From contig DF237273.1 in the NCBI GenBank assembly GCA_000708835.1, positions 1 through 64,000 of the forward strand: DNA of 64,000 bases, in the 5' to 3' direction. The number at the start of each line of letters is the position of its first letter. The first letter of the stretch is position 1. The position numbers were made by a program, and so were the translations under genes. Source of the stretch: Klebsormidium nitens. Taxonomy: Eukaryota; Plantae; Klebsormidiophyceae. The notes under the pieces are model-generated. The model did not search any database. It was not told where the DNA came from and saw only the letters and a program-made list of their open reading frames with translations. Below, in pieces: positions 1 through 10,439 of this stretch.

Positions 1-1330
1 GTTTGCGGCTCTTCCAGGGATGATCAGTCTTGTTCCAAAGTCAAAATCTGGGTCCTATGCGATGCTTGTGCTTATCATGGAAGGCAAGTTTTGACTGCTG
101 GTCGGCGTCATCAACTACAAGCTTCTGACAGGCATGATTGGTCTCGTTTTAAAAAGTCAAATTTTGGGCCTTATGCGATGAAGGAGCTTATATTGAAAGG
201 AACTTTTGACTGCTGGTGGGCGCCATCAACTACAAGCGTCCGACAGGAATGGTGGGTCTGGTTCCGGAGTCAAAAGTTCGGCCGTTAGGAGCTGCAATGC
301 TTTGATCTTGAAAGGAACTTTTGACCGCTCGGCTCAATAAACACAATATTCTCTGGAATTTTGCAGGGGATGGTCGACCTTGCCTACGAGTCAAAAGTTT
401 TGTCAGGAAAGTCTGATAAGCTTATACTCATGAGGGAAGTTCTGACTCCTTTGCGCAATCATGCACAACATTCCTTGGAATTCTGCAAGGGATGGTCGAC
501 CTTGCCTACGGGTCAAAACTTTTGCCATGAAAGCCTGAGATGCTTTATCTTGAGGGGAAGTTTTGACTGGACCGCACAACCGCTCACACTATGCTTCAAG
601 ATTCTTGGTGGAATGGCCGACCTTGCCTATGAGTCAAAGCTTCTGCAACGAAGTTCCGAGATGCTTTATTCTGGGAGAAAGTTTTGACTCAGACCGCACA
701 ATCGCACAGAACGACCAAAAATGATGGGTGTAATCAGCGGCTTGGCAACGAGTCAAAACTTCTGTCTGGAGATTCATAGAAGCTTATACCCACGAGGGAA
801 AATTGAAAGTCTGAGATGCTTATATTGGAAGGAAAGTTTTGACTGGTCGGCGCCATCAGTCACAGCGTGTCTCGGATCTAGAACGGAATGGCCGGCCTTG
901 CCTGCGAGTCAAAAGTTGGGCCGTTAGGAGCTGCTATGCTCATACTGCGAGGGGAAGTTTTGACTGGTCAGCGCCATCAGTCACAGCGTGTCTCGGATCT
1001 AGAACGGAATGGCCGGCCTTGCGTGGGAGTCAAAAGTTGGGCCATTAGGAGCTGCTATGCTCATACTACGAGGGGAAGTTTTGACTGGTTTGCGTTGTCA
1101 GTCACAGAGCATTTCCCGGAGATGAAAGGATTGGTCGGACTTGGCTGCGGGTCAAAAGTTGAGCCGTGGAAAGCTGGTATGCTGATGCTACGAGGGCAAC
1201 TTTTGGCTGCTGGTTGGCGGAGCGCCATCCATTACAAGCTTCTCGTAGGACCCGGATGGTCGGTCTTGTATCGAACTCAAAGCTTGGGGCCTGATGAAAC
1301 TGAGAGGAACTGCCAATATGACCAGAGTGC
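1..1330 (+). repeat. Array 1 of the ~120-bp double-hairpin repeat family (~11 units; begins before the window)
   Basis: AGTCAAAA-type arms start at about 39, 155, 268, 389, 511, 632, 751, 907, 1028, 1150 and 1274 (spacing mostly 113-124 bp). Each unit reads AGTCAAAA(G/C)TT..ATGCTTATACT..GAGGG(G/C)AAGTTTTGACT, then GGTCGGCGCCAT..variable..GATGGCCG(G/A)CCTTG. Confidence 0.95.
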
Positions 1331-1385
1331 TTGGATGAAACCGCTTTGAACTGATGCAATTCTAACGAGGCCCTTTTACTTGCAG

Positions 1386-3932
1386 GTATGGTCAAAAAGT
1401 GCAAATGCGTGACACAAAGAGCTCAAGTCTGAATCGTGCGCACACGGCATACTACAGAGCTCCACGAAGCAGTCCGATGGCCAGGGGACGTCTACCAGGC
1501 GCAAGGTCAGTCTTCACCAGCCACACATGGACACATCGGATACTTGCACTCGTCATCTGTAGCCTCCAGATACATGCAAACCTCGCCAATAGACCTTGCT
1601 TCAGCATGAATATCGACGTCGGCATCCGCTTCAGCTTCAGGGTCGACGGGGTGGAAGAGCAGGTCATGAAATTCAGCGACTATAGAGGCGAGGTCCTGAT
1701 GCTCAAAGCCCCCCTTGCTCATGAATCTTCGGAACAGATGAGCCCAATTCAGGTTGGTCGTCTTGCAGCATCTGCACATCTCGCGAAGATGGCGGATGGT
1801 GAGATTTGCTGCATCGTAACTGAGGTCACTGCCCTTTCTCTTTGCAGGAAGACGGCATCTTCAACTTTTCCGGCACCAACCTCATCTCGCACGGCCTCCT
1901 CTTGCGCAACCACTTTGCGGCGGCCCTGGGGGCGGCCCACAGCCTCAACTTTGAGGCGGGGGACATGGCGACGAGGTGCCTCGAGGGGCCGAACGTCCCT
2001 ACGCTGGACGACCGGGTGTTCGACTCGGCGATGCAGGCCTTCAACGACCTGGCGGCACGGTCTCAGATCCGTCACGTGTGCTCGCGCGTCGAGTGCGCGC
2101 ACCTCTACACGGGCGAGGTGGAGGCGGCCGAGGCGTAGGCCCGAATGGCTGGCAAACCCCCGAGGCCGGAGCGAACGGAGGGGCCGAGCTCTGAGCTGGC
2201 CACGTACGCTTTTGGGCGGGACAAGGTCATCACCTTTGATGGGACATTCTTTGCCAACTCGAGCGCGATGCGAGACTCCGGCACGAAAGCGTCCTTGCAC
2301 AGCATCTGCGAACCGGACCCGAAAGCGCCGAGGGTCTCTGGGGGCTTCACTCCTCTGAGCGTGGGCGGGGTACGACCTTCGGATGTGCCCTTGGAGGGAA
2401 TCGACTGCCCCTGGAAGTATAGGAACGGGCTGTCAGAGCTTAGACCAGCGGTGCGAGCTTTTGCGCTGAGGTGGTGCAACTTTCGCAAGGCTCCAGCGCA
2501 AGGGAACAACGCGCCTCTGAAGCTGGAGGAGTTCGTCGCCATGCGAGAGGGGCTTCCGGCGAACGTCGCCGCTCTGATCGACCTCGTGACGGAGTCGGGA
2601 GCTTGTGGCGATCCTGCCACGTGTGCGATTTGCAAGGCGGTGCCGCGGCGACCATGGATGGCAGGGTTCCTCAAGGACGGGCCCGTGGGAGCGACCGGCT
2701 GGTGCCCGACGCACTTTCAGCCGTACGGAGCCCTCCTCCACGCGCTGCTCATCCCCCGCTACTCGTGGGTTTTTGGGCACGTGGTCACGCTAAAGCTGCT
2801 GAGACACGTGCTGTTGGAGGGCCCTCTTTACGAGCGCGGACTGGCGTACCTCTCGAACGACGGCCCCATGGTGGCGGCCATCTTGCGCCTCCACCCCGTT
2901 GCCGGGGGGCTGTATGCCTTCCCACCGACGCTCCGTCCGCTCGTGCGCGACATCTATGCCACGAACCTCCTTTGCTTCGAGCCGAGCGCAAACCGGCCCG
3001 GTCCGTCCTCGCGATCGCCTCTGGCCGCTCTCCATGATGCTACCGAGCATCTGTGGACAATCGAAGCCGAGAGGCTGAGGCTCATGGGCCAGCTTGAGGC
3101 GGTCGCAATGGAGTACGTGGAGCGGCGAGGGGCGGCACTCAAGAGGGTCGCCAACTCGCTCCTGTTTGAGCTGGAGGTTCGCGAACCCTCGTGCTACAGC
3201 GGCGAAGAGTTCCTTCGAGCGCCATCGGCCGCTTATGAGGAGCGGGTCGGCGCCGTTTCGGTCTACTCTTTTCACCCCCTGCTGTATGGGCGGCCGCAGT
3301 TCACGGATTGGGAGGACGCTTCGGGTCGCGGGAGAAAGGGTTCCGAGGAGCGGCTCATGCAGCACTGCAGTGCTCCAAACCGCCGCTCGTCAAAGGGGCG
3401 CGCTGGGGTGTTCATCGCATGCTGTCAGGATCGAGCGCCCTTGGGGTACCACTGGCTGAAGGGCGGTGAGAGCGTCTCGGACCTTGGGACGGTGCTCCTG
3501 ACGCGGTTCCCTTTCAAGACGCTGCGGGGCATGACCATCGTGGAGGACGCCGCTTGCAACGCGCAGGAGTGGTTCTTGAACCGGGTGCCTCAACTGGCCA
3601 AGTTCATGCTGTTCGTCGTCGACCGCTTCCACTCGGGTCCCGTGAGCTGCGCACCGGCGGGGGCGAAGCGCTACGCGACGCATACGTGTGCGTCTACGCT
3701 TTTCATCGACTCCTTTCCGCAGCATGGCCACACAATCACAACCGCGTCGGAGGGCATCAATTCTGGGCTGAAGAGATGTGCAGCTAGCCTCCTGCAGATC
3801 ACGAGCATCAAGAGGTTGATAAGCCGTGTGACGACCATCCTTGACACGCTTTTCGAACGGTCGAAGTATGCTGTCTATTGGAGCGAGGCTAGCAATCCGT
3901 TGAGAGACTTGATCAGGCGGGCGCGAGGCTGA
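1386..3932 (+). pseudogene. KDZ (Kyakuja-Dileera-Zisupton) transposase, spliced, one in-frame TAG
   Basis: ORF 2145-3932 has VITFDGT, GVFIACC..LGYHWLKGGES, IVEDAAC..WFLNR.P, FVVDRFH..H.C and TTASEGINSGL, matching KDZ core motifs. Upstream ORF 1842-2138 (EDGIFNFSGTNLISHGLL, CxC5-like) is in the same frame, separated by TAG 2136-2138. A phase-0 GT-AG intron at 1753-1847 joins it to ORF 1399. The 5' end is uncertain. Confidence 0.78.
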
Positions 3933-3941
3933 CGTGCGGCC

Positions 3942-4615
3942 TTATTCCTCTATTACTCATTACCCACCGTCTCAAGTTCCATTCTCTTTGTACATTTGTC
4001 ATGTGGTGATGGAGGCTTTGCAAGAGGTTCCATATTCAAATAATCAATGGGTAATAGAGTAATAGGGTAACAGAGATGTGTGCTTGAGGCTTCTTCATGG
4101 GTACAGTCATGTGTGTGTGTGTGTGTTATAAGATAATGAAGGGGTAATAAGCTATTTGGTACTCAACGACTTCAGGAAGGTTTGTCTTTCTTGCTTTCTC
4201 GGGTCAATATGTGCCCCTCCTCATCCCTTCTCACCACCAACATATGACAGCTGGAGCAAGGGTAGAATCATGATGGAGCGATGCTGCTGATCTCCTGTAT
4301 TACTCGTTACTCTATTACCACTGTCTCAAGTTCCATTCTCTTTTGTACATTTGTCATGTGGTGATGGGCTTTAGAAGAGGTTCCATATTCAAATAATCAA
4401 TGGGTAATAGAGTAATAGAGTAATAGAGATGTGTGCTTGAGGCTTCTTCATGGGTACAGTCATGTGTGTGTGTGTGTGTGTTATAAGGTAATGAAGGGGT
4501 AATAAGCTATTTGGTACTCAACGACTTTAGGAAGATTTGACTTTCTTGCTTTCTCGAGTCAAACAATGTGCCCCTCCCCATCCCTTCTCACTACCCACTC
4601 ATGATGATTCGAGCA
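3942..4615. repeat. Tandem ~355-bp duplication; each copy has an inverted repeat of GTAATAG(A) iterons and a (GT)n tract
   Basis: 3942-~4260 aligns with 4298-~4615. TATTACTCGTTACTCTATTACC (4298-4319) pairs with GGTAATAGAGTAATAGAGTAATA (4403-4425); the first copy has the same arrangement at 3942-3965 and 4049-4070. Confidence 0.93.
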
Positions 4616-7333
4616 AAACGAGCACTTTTGCTCTGCGGCGGATTGTCGCGACTCTTTTGACTCTTTTGAAGCATCAACAAGCTCCTGAAGAGCTTTGGAA
4701 TCTGTCATCCATGGCCCTTCTTCATCCTCGGTATAGTCGAGCCGTTGCCAGGTGTCTACCCATTCCACAGTCGAGCTCATAAGCTTGCCTTTATGGAGAG
4801 CCTCGCAGATAGCGCCCTGTGGGGCAAACCACCATCCCTTATGGGTTCGAACCCCCTGAATGGAGCGTGCCTGCGGTCGCATATTGAAAACGGCATTGAG
4901 AGAGCGCATCAAGACGTTGACGCCGGTATGGCGGTCTTCTTTGATGTCCATCTGATGCAGGAGCGTGTCATAAGTCCGCTTGATGTCTGTCGATGCTACC
5001 CACGTCTCCAAAGAAGGGTGAAAGCACCCGTTCTCGAGCAGCGCTTGCATCATATTGACGTGGGGTGGAATGGAGTGTTCTTTAAGGCCTTCCCCCCAAG
5101 TTGTGACTGGCATCTTCTGAGAATTCCAATTGGATATTTCAATGGATGATAGATATCGATGGAGGTGATATGCGGTCTCGGGTTTCTCCAACTGCTCCAC
5201 GAGCTCATCAAAGTATTGCTTGTTTCCCATCTTGGCATCTGAGACTTGCTGGCAAGAGTATCGGCGATCGTCTGCCTCTCGTTTGACAGACCAAAAGTTG
5301 TTTGTGGTGAAGACGATATTGCTTTTGTCATCCACGCTGATAGGGTCTTGGCCTTTGCGCTCCATACACGTCGTCTCCTGAGTGATTAGGGACTTTATCC
5401 GGTCGTTCATCCGATACGCTCCGCCCCAACTGCCACATTCGTCCAACACAATCAACAACCTGTTGGCTGCTAGTGAGTTGAATTTGCCAATGATCTTTTC
5501 GATTTCGTTGCAATACAAATAATATATGGCGCCAAGGATCATCCGTCCAAAAAAGTCCCACAATACAGACTTTCCGCACCCTTGCCCACTGCGAAACACG
5601 AGAGCGACACCAATCTTCCTCCAAGGCTTCTGAACGGCGTGCGCCATCCAACGAAGGTTGTAGTCAAACCGCTCCTTTGAGCCATCGCACAAGATGTTGC
5701 GGAGGTGCCACATGAGCTTTGGCATCTGTTCCTCGCACTTCACGAGCTCCGACTCCGTCAATCTGCGGTCGAGCGGTTTGAATTTCAGCCCGGAGAACAG
5801 ATTGAAATGTCGTGATGACCCCTTTGACGGGTCCGGCTCGAATACGATTCGATCGTATTCCCGGCGTTTAGGACTGCTCTCCCAGAATCTGGCAACCTCC
5901 TTGCTTTTTCCAGGTAGGCTCTGGAGTTGGAAATTCCCGCAGACCTCCAAAAAGTTGCGGCCGGACCGAGCGATGGTCTCCTGGGGCTGAAGCTGCCCAT
6001 TCTCGTCTCTCGAGTAGATCATTTCCAGATAAACAGCCTTTGTCGAGCGGACAACGGCAAAGTAATGGTTCATGATACGCAAATCGAGATCGAGCAAGTC
6101 CAGTTTTGCTTTCCTTGTTCGTACGTCATCTTCCTTTTTCTTCCTTTTCTCGTCGCTTTCATCCGTGGACGGCTCGAAGGGAAGAATGTAGCTCTCGCAA
6201 GTCTTGAAAAGTTCCCCTTCCGCTCTCAGAGGCAAACACTCGGGCCAAAAGTGAATGCCCAGCAGTTGCTTTGGTCGATCAATGCACCCTGGACTGAGAC
6301 AGCGGTACACAAGAATGCATCCGTTGCTCATGATGCTAAACTGGTTCGAATCGTGTTGATGACCATTTAAGCAAGTTCGCGTGCCGTTTGTTTTGAACTT
6401 TAGGATCTGCCACCCATTAGGGGTCATTTCTCCAACACCGTTGAACGTGCCGGTGTCGTCTTGCACCTTATCACGCAGCAACCTCTTGATCTCTTGGAGC
6501 GCGCCTTCCAATCCGGGCAGGGCCTCCGTGTTTTGCACATTTCCAAGAGGTGCTGATGACATCGATGTTGAGTTCTCAATAACAGGTGAGGTGGCATTCG
6601 AGTCATTCTCACGTGACATGTGCTTATTTGATGTCTCAATCTTGTCTGTTGCGGTCTGTTGAACGTGATCGTTGAGAAACTTTGCAAGCCAGAGAGGCAT
6701 GTCATGGCATGCATCAAAGCTTGGAGGCCCGTTGAGCCATTGGTATGTTGCAAGCTTTCCCTGATCCTTGACGTAGCTTGCGGGGTGAGCATAAACGACT
6801 CCTCCACCAGCTCGACCGTCAATTCTATAGACAGTGTTGCCAACCTTGATGGTCTCAAAGTTACGGGTGCATTTGAGGCCAGGCGAAGTCGCCTTGAAGT
6901 AGAAATGAAGCCCGCCAGAACCTGTTTGAGCTTTGAGTGTTTGGGGCTCGCCATGTTCCTTAACAAGACGGTTCCAGAGCTCGATTCCCGGCTTTTTGTT
7001 ATCTTTGTTGGACACATCAATATCAATCACAAACACCCGACTGGGACGTGTCAGGATCGCGACTCCATTGGCGTCCTTCCTCTGCCGCATTGCTTCATCG
7101 ATCGAATATTTCCACAATTCGGGCGTCGTGATGTGTGCGTACTTGTGTGGAAAGTCGGCACCTTTCGTACCCTCTTTTTCATTCCAGAACATGCGCACGG
7201 GAATTGCATAGAGCCCAACATTGGAGAGTCGTTGAATCTCGTCTGCAATGGCTCGGGGCCCTACGGGCCTGGGGACATGAGCGGCCTGAGGTTCTGAGAG
7301 GCTGGCCTGGGCGTCTGCCATTTCTTTGTACAT
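4559..7333 (-). CDS. Primase-polymerase (bifunctional Prim-Pol-like AEP) + Zn-binding linker + D5/NrS-1-like SF3 helicase, 924 aa, intronless
   Basis: VFVIDIDV and QTGSGGLHFYF primase motifs; C..GHQH...RCLSPGC; Walker A FRSGQGCGKS; Walker B IVLDEC; motif C FTTNN; ADDRRY. Confidence 0.9.
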   Translation of the reverse strand: MYKEMADAQASLSEPQAAHVPRPVGPRAIADEIQRLSNVGLYAIPVRMFWNEKEGTKGADFPHKYAHITTPELWKYSIDEAMRQRKDANGVAILTRPSRVFVIDIDVSNKDNKKPGIELWNRLVKEHGEPQTLKAQTGSGGLHFYFKATSPGLKCTRNFETIKVGNTVYRIDGRAGGGVVYAHPASYVKDQGKLATYQWLNGPPSFDACHDMPLWLAKFLNDHVQQTATDKIETSNKHMSRENDSNATSPVIENSTSMSSAPLGNVQNTEALPGLEGALQEIKRLLRDKVQDDTGTFNGVGEMTPNGWQILKFKTNGTRTCLNGHQHDSNQFSIMSNGCILVYRCLSPGCIDRPKQLLGIHFWPECLPLRAEGELFKTCESYILPFEPSTDESDEKRKKKEDDVRTRKAKLDLLDLDLRIMNHYFAVVRSTKAVYLEMIYSRDENGQLQPQETIARSGRNFLEVCGNFQLQSLPGKSKEVARFWESSPKRREYDRIVFEPDPSKGSSRHFNLFSGLKFKPLDRRLTESELVKCEEQMPKLMWHLRNILCDGSKERFDYNLRWMAHAVQKPWRKIGVALVFRSGQGCGKSVLWDFFGRMILGAIYYLYCNEIEKIIGKFNSLAANRLLIVLDECGSWGGAYRMNDRIKSLITQETTCMERKGQDPISVDDKSNIVFTTNNFWSVKREADDRRYSCQQVSDAKMGNKQYFDELVEQLEKPETAYHLHRYLSSIEISNWNSQKMPVTTWGEGLKEHSIPPHVNMMQALLENGCFHPSLETWVASTDIKRTYDTLLHQMDIKEDRHTGVNVLMRSLNAVFNMRPQARSIQGVRTHKGWWFAPQGAICEALHKGKLMSSTVEWVDTWQRLDYTEDEEGPWMTDSKALQELVDASKESKESRQSAAEQKCSFCSNHHEWVVRRDGEGHIV

Positions 7334-7369
7334 TCTGACAAGATTTTAAATGAGGCGTTTCAAACGCGC

Positions 7370-7774
7370 GTGCGTTCGGTCTCGGGTCGCGCTGATTTTC
7401 TTACCATGATATTAGTACTCAGCATGGAGTCGCATAATGAAAGCGCTTTGAATGATTGCTGCACTTGCAAAGCGTGCGAAACTATCAAGCAATTTTATGA
7501 AAAGCATCCGGATGCTCGAAAGACTTACACAAAAAGGTACTACTACAAACATAGAGATGCAATCTTATTGGCCCAAGCCTTTGAGCGCTACAAGAACGGG
7601 CATGCATGTCAACAGAAGACTTTAAAGCGCCTTTTCGATGCCGGCTTTCCGGTGAAGATTCCGTTTAATGCATGGCAGCACGATGATCATCAAATGGCGT
7701 CTTTAGACACGTCAGATGTGATCAAAGTGCCCTCGCTCCATTTGGGCGCATTCACAGGGATCCAAGTGTCTTGA
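7370..7774 (+). CDS. Small basic hypothetical protein of the viral type (true start may be a downstream ATG)
   Basis: Intronless ORF between the primase and recombinase genes with CCTCKAC and K/Y/R-rich KQFYEKHPDARKTYTKRYYYKHRDAIL. Confidence 0.5.
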   Translation: MRSVSGRADFLTMILVLSMESHNESALNDCCTCKACETIKQFYEKHPDARKTYTKRYYYKHRDAILLAQAFERYKNGHACQQKTLKRLFDAGFPVKIPFNAWQHDDHQMASLDTSDVIKVPSLHLGAFTGIQVS

Positions 7775-7810
7775 AGGCAGCTTCCCGGTGGCGAGCAAAT
7801 TGTAAACCGT

Positions 7811-8866
7811 TCAAAACTGTATCCGAGTTCCATCAGGATTGAATTTCTTCTCATATGTCCGCTGTGCCATAGCTGCCGTGTGCAACATGCTCCGCGCGAG
7901 GTCGTCGCGCTCGGCAATGCTCGGAGCATCTTTAAAGAGGTTGCTGACGCAAATTTTGCGAAGGAGACACGAACCCACACTCGCGTCCTTAAAAAGGCCC
8001 GTGCTACAAAACTTGGTCAGATAGTTTCGACTCATCGGTTTGTCGGGCGACTTAATCTGAGACAAGAGGTATTTTCTGGGAAAGACCTGAAGGCTTTCGG
8101 CAATGACATTGTTGCATCGGGTCGACATGTCTATCGAAGTGGGTCCGTGGTGCTTGACGGTCTTATAATCGTTCAATACCAAACGAAACTGATCTTGTGC
8201 AATCTCTAAGAGATAGTTTCCGGAACCGGACATGATCTCACGTACCTCGGCCGTTTTGATGTCCTTCAAGCGCACAATGGGGCAATCGCTGTAGTCATTG
8301 CGGATTGCTGGTTGATAGCTATAAAGGCACAGTATGAGGTGGCGAAAAAGCACAAATTTGTCCTCATCGGTCAATTCTTCGGGCCTCTTGTGCAGGATCT
8401 TACGGTTCACGTGCCTTTGCAGCTCCACTCGGCGATCACTTATCTGATTGAGTGTCTTCCAATTGGCCGCTTCCCGCTCTGTCAGCTGCTGGGGAGGAGG
8501 CTTCGCATCTTCCATGAGCTTACGAACCTCTATGTACCGCTTGTAATAGGCATCATAGAGCTGTTTATCGTCGGAGAATGCTTTGCGCACTAGAACCAAG
8601 AGCGGATTGATCCCAGTGGCCTGCATTGACAGCTTTGTGGAATATGTTTCCTGAAAGTACTTGATGATTCCGTCGGCATCCTTGATCCAATCGAAGCTGG
8701 TGAAGTCTCGTTGTCTTTTGAACCCTTGAAACAAGCGCACGACATGCTTCATATATTGTTGAATCGTCAGGTCCTTTCGAGTACCATCCTCGAACGCCGA
8801 GCGCAGCAGCCTTTCTCCCTGGGTTACGGTGATTATGCGTCTCGTGGTTTCAACAGACCCTTGCAT
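7811..8866 (-). CDS. Tyrosine recombinase/integrase, 351 aa
   Basis: Catalytic residues in the expected order: PAIRNDY (R), DYKTVKHHG (K), CLLRKI (HxxR-like), LARSMLHT (H/W), AQRTY (Y). Confidence 0.88.
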   Translation of the reverse strand: MQGSVETTRRIITVTQGERLLRSAFEDGTRKDLTIQQYMKHVVRLFQGFKRQRDFTSFDWIKDADGIIKYFQETYSTKLSMQATGINPLLVLVRKAFSDDKQLYDAYYKRYIEVRKLMEDAKPPPQQLTEREAANWKTLNQISDRRVELQRHVNRKILHKRPEELTDEDKFVLFRHLILCLYSYQPAIRNDYSDCPIVRLKDIKTAEVREIMSGSGNYLLEIAQDQFRLVLNDYKTVKHHGPTSIDMSTRCNNVIAESLQVFPRKYLLSQIKSPDKPMSRNYLTKFCSTGLFKDASVGSCLLRKICVSNLFKDAPSIAERDDLARSMLHTAAMAQRTYEKKFNPDGTRIQF

Positions 8867-9133
8867 CTTTCACAATTTCTGGATACTCTCAAGAAAATTT
8901 TTGACCACCTCAAAGTCCCCAATTTCAGATACCATGAATGACTACGTTCAAAATCAATCTCACGAAATTGAGATGGGTAGCAGCTTTTAACGGTAAAAAC
9001 GGTTATGAGTGCGTGTAAAAGCCGCCTAAAAAGCGAGATGGCCACTCAATTTTCAGCTGAAATTATACTGGCGCTGGATACTGTGACTGGAAGAATACAA
9101 AAATGAAAGATGGTGACTTTTGGCGCATTCATG

Positions 9134-9682
9134 TTATCTGGGCGACGTGATTTTAGAGACTTCGTTAGCAATTCGAGCTTTCAGCGGGTTCGCAAGCATC
9201 TCGAGTCCCAAAACTGGCTCGTTGCTGTCCCAGATTACGCTTGGGGTGCAACGTGGTGATTCAAAAGACGCATTGCTATCCGTGTATTGAGGCAAAGCCA
9301 TCTTGCTTCCTCGATGCTCCGAGGTAGATCGCGATCGACGTTCAATGCGGCGGTTCTCATGATGAGCATATTTAGCATCTTTCAATGCTGTTCGCCAGCT
9401 TACAACTACGGAATATGGTCCATGGATTTCGAATTTGTCCCAGAAGGCGTCGAAGCCATCTTTTGAACGGGCACGAACCAGAGCTTTGGTTATATGCTTC
9501 AAATTATAGGGAGCAGCAAGTGCACGAAGGCCAGCAAGGGTGCCCACATCCAATATCGTATCATGCATGTTGAATTCCTTGTAGCAACGGATGATTCTAG
9601 TCTTGGCTGCGTTCAGAACCATTCTATCCATCTCTTCGATGGTTGCATTTGTTGATGGCCGGTATTTGAGAACAATATCCAT
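9134..9682 (-). CDS. Hypothetical protein, 182 aa, in the recombinase/primase module
   Basis: ATG-initiated intronless ORF, co-oriented with the recombinase; no recognised motif. Confidence 0.5.
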   Translation of the reverse strand: MDIVLKYRPSTNATIEEMDRMVLNAAKTRIIRCYKEFNMHDTILDVGTLAGLRALAAPYNLKHITKALVRARSKDGFDAFWDKFEIHGPYSVVVSWRTALKDAKYAHHENRRIERRSRSTSEHRGSKMALPQYTDSNASFESPRCTPSVIWDSNEPVLGLEMLANPLKARIANEVSKITSPR

Positions 9683-9923
9683 ACCTTGCTAAGGTTTCAA
9701 TAAAAAAGTGGATAATCAAAGCGTTCTTCGAATTATGGTGTGACGCCCGCCCTAAATCGAGCGAGCGCCAAAAAGCCTGTTGTGGTAAGTCTCATGGGCA
9801 CCGCCCTTCAAAAGTTCATGACCGAGTTTTGAGTACAATCTGGCAGATTGTGTCGTCAAAAGTAGGATCCGAGCATGCACCGGAGCCCTCAATCGGAATG
9901 CCCACAATCTCCACCGTAAAGCC

Positions 9924-10300
9924 TCACGGCCCGTAGTGACCCCTGCCTCGATTGATGCGATGCACTCTCGCCGCCATCCCCGACCCAGTGCGAACTGGTG
10001 CAAAAACGGTATGGTGTTTGATATCGCGTCCGACAAATCCGAGAGGAGTCTCACAATCCGCCAGGACAAATATGCCAATAGCGTAGGTGTCATACCCGTT
10101 CCCCGAATGCTTGCGAAGCACGAGCTCCTGGCTGGGTCGAAGCTTGCGAACGAGGTCTCGACGGCCTTCAAAGCTGACTCCAACGGCTCGAAATAGCATG
10201 CGTCCATCTGGAAGCTGCTCCATTGGAGGGTTGGCCCAAGGTTGGCCGGTGTATTCAGCCAAGCTCTCTCCTAAGTATGTATGCGACCCGCGAGCTTGAA
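9924..10300 (-). CDS. HIRAN-domain exon, probably part of a larger spliced gene
   Basis: FRAVGVSFEGRRDLVRKLRPSQELVLRKHSGNGYDTYAIGIF...LGFVGR matches the HIRAN pattern (VAGV.F...L.REP.N.YD.NAI.V...GYVP). Candidate AG acceptors lie near 10270-10297. Confidence 0.75.
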
Positions 10301-10439
10301 GGATGAACAACTTCGAGCTATGTGCTAGATTATCACACCGACAAAGCGCTCGGCATGGTTGAGGGGGCGCCCGTCGACTTGCACCATCGTGATATACAAA
10401 GAAGCCTTCACAACAACGCAAATTGACGGCTCCGAGCCG

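Noticed and set aside
799-806. AAAATTGA mimivirus early-promoter motif
   Set aside because: A single occurrence inside a degenerate repeat unit, not upstream of a gene; expected by chance.
91-1349. ORFs within the repeat arrays (e.g. 361-687, 888-1349, 10840-11352, 23562-23947)
   Set aside because: They are translations of the non-coding repeat units (recurrent GSFDW/ESKV words in shifting frames) and show no consistent frame across units.
1749-3731. Minus-strand ORFs overlapping the KDZ gene
   Set aside because: GC-rich shadow frames with no motifs.
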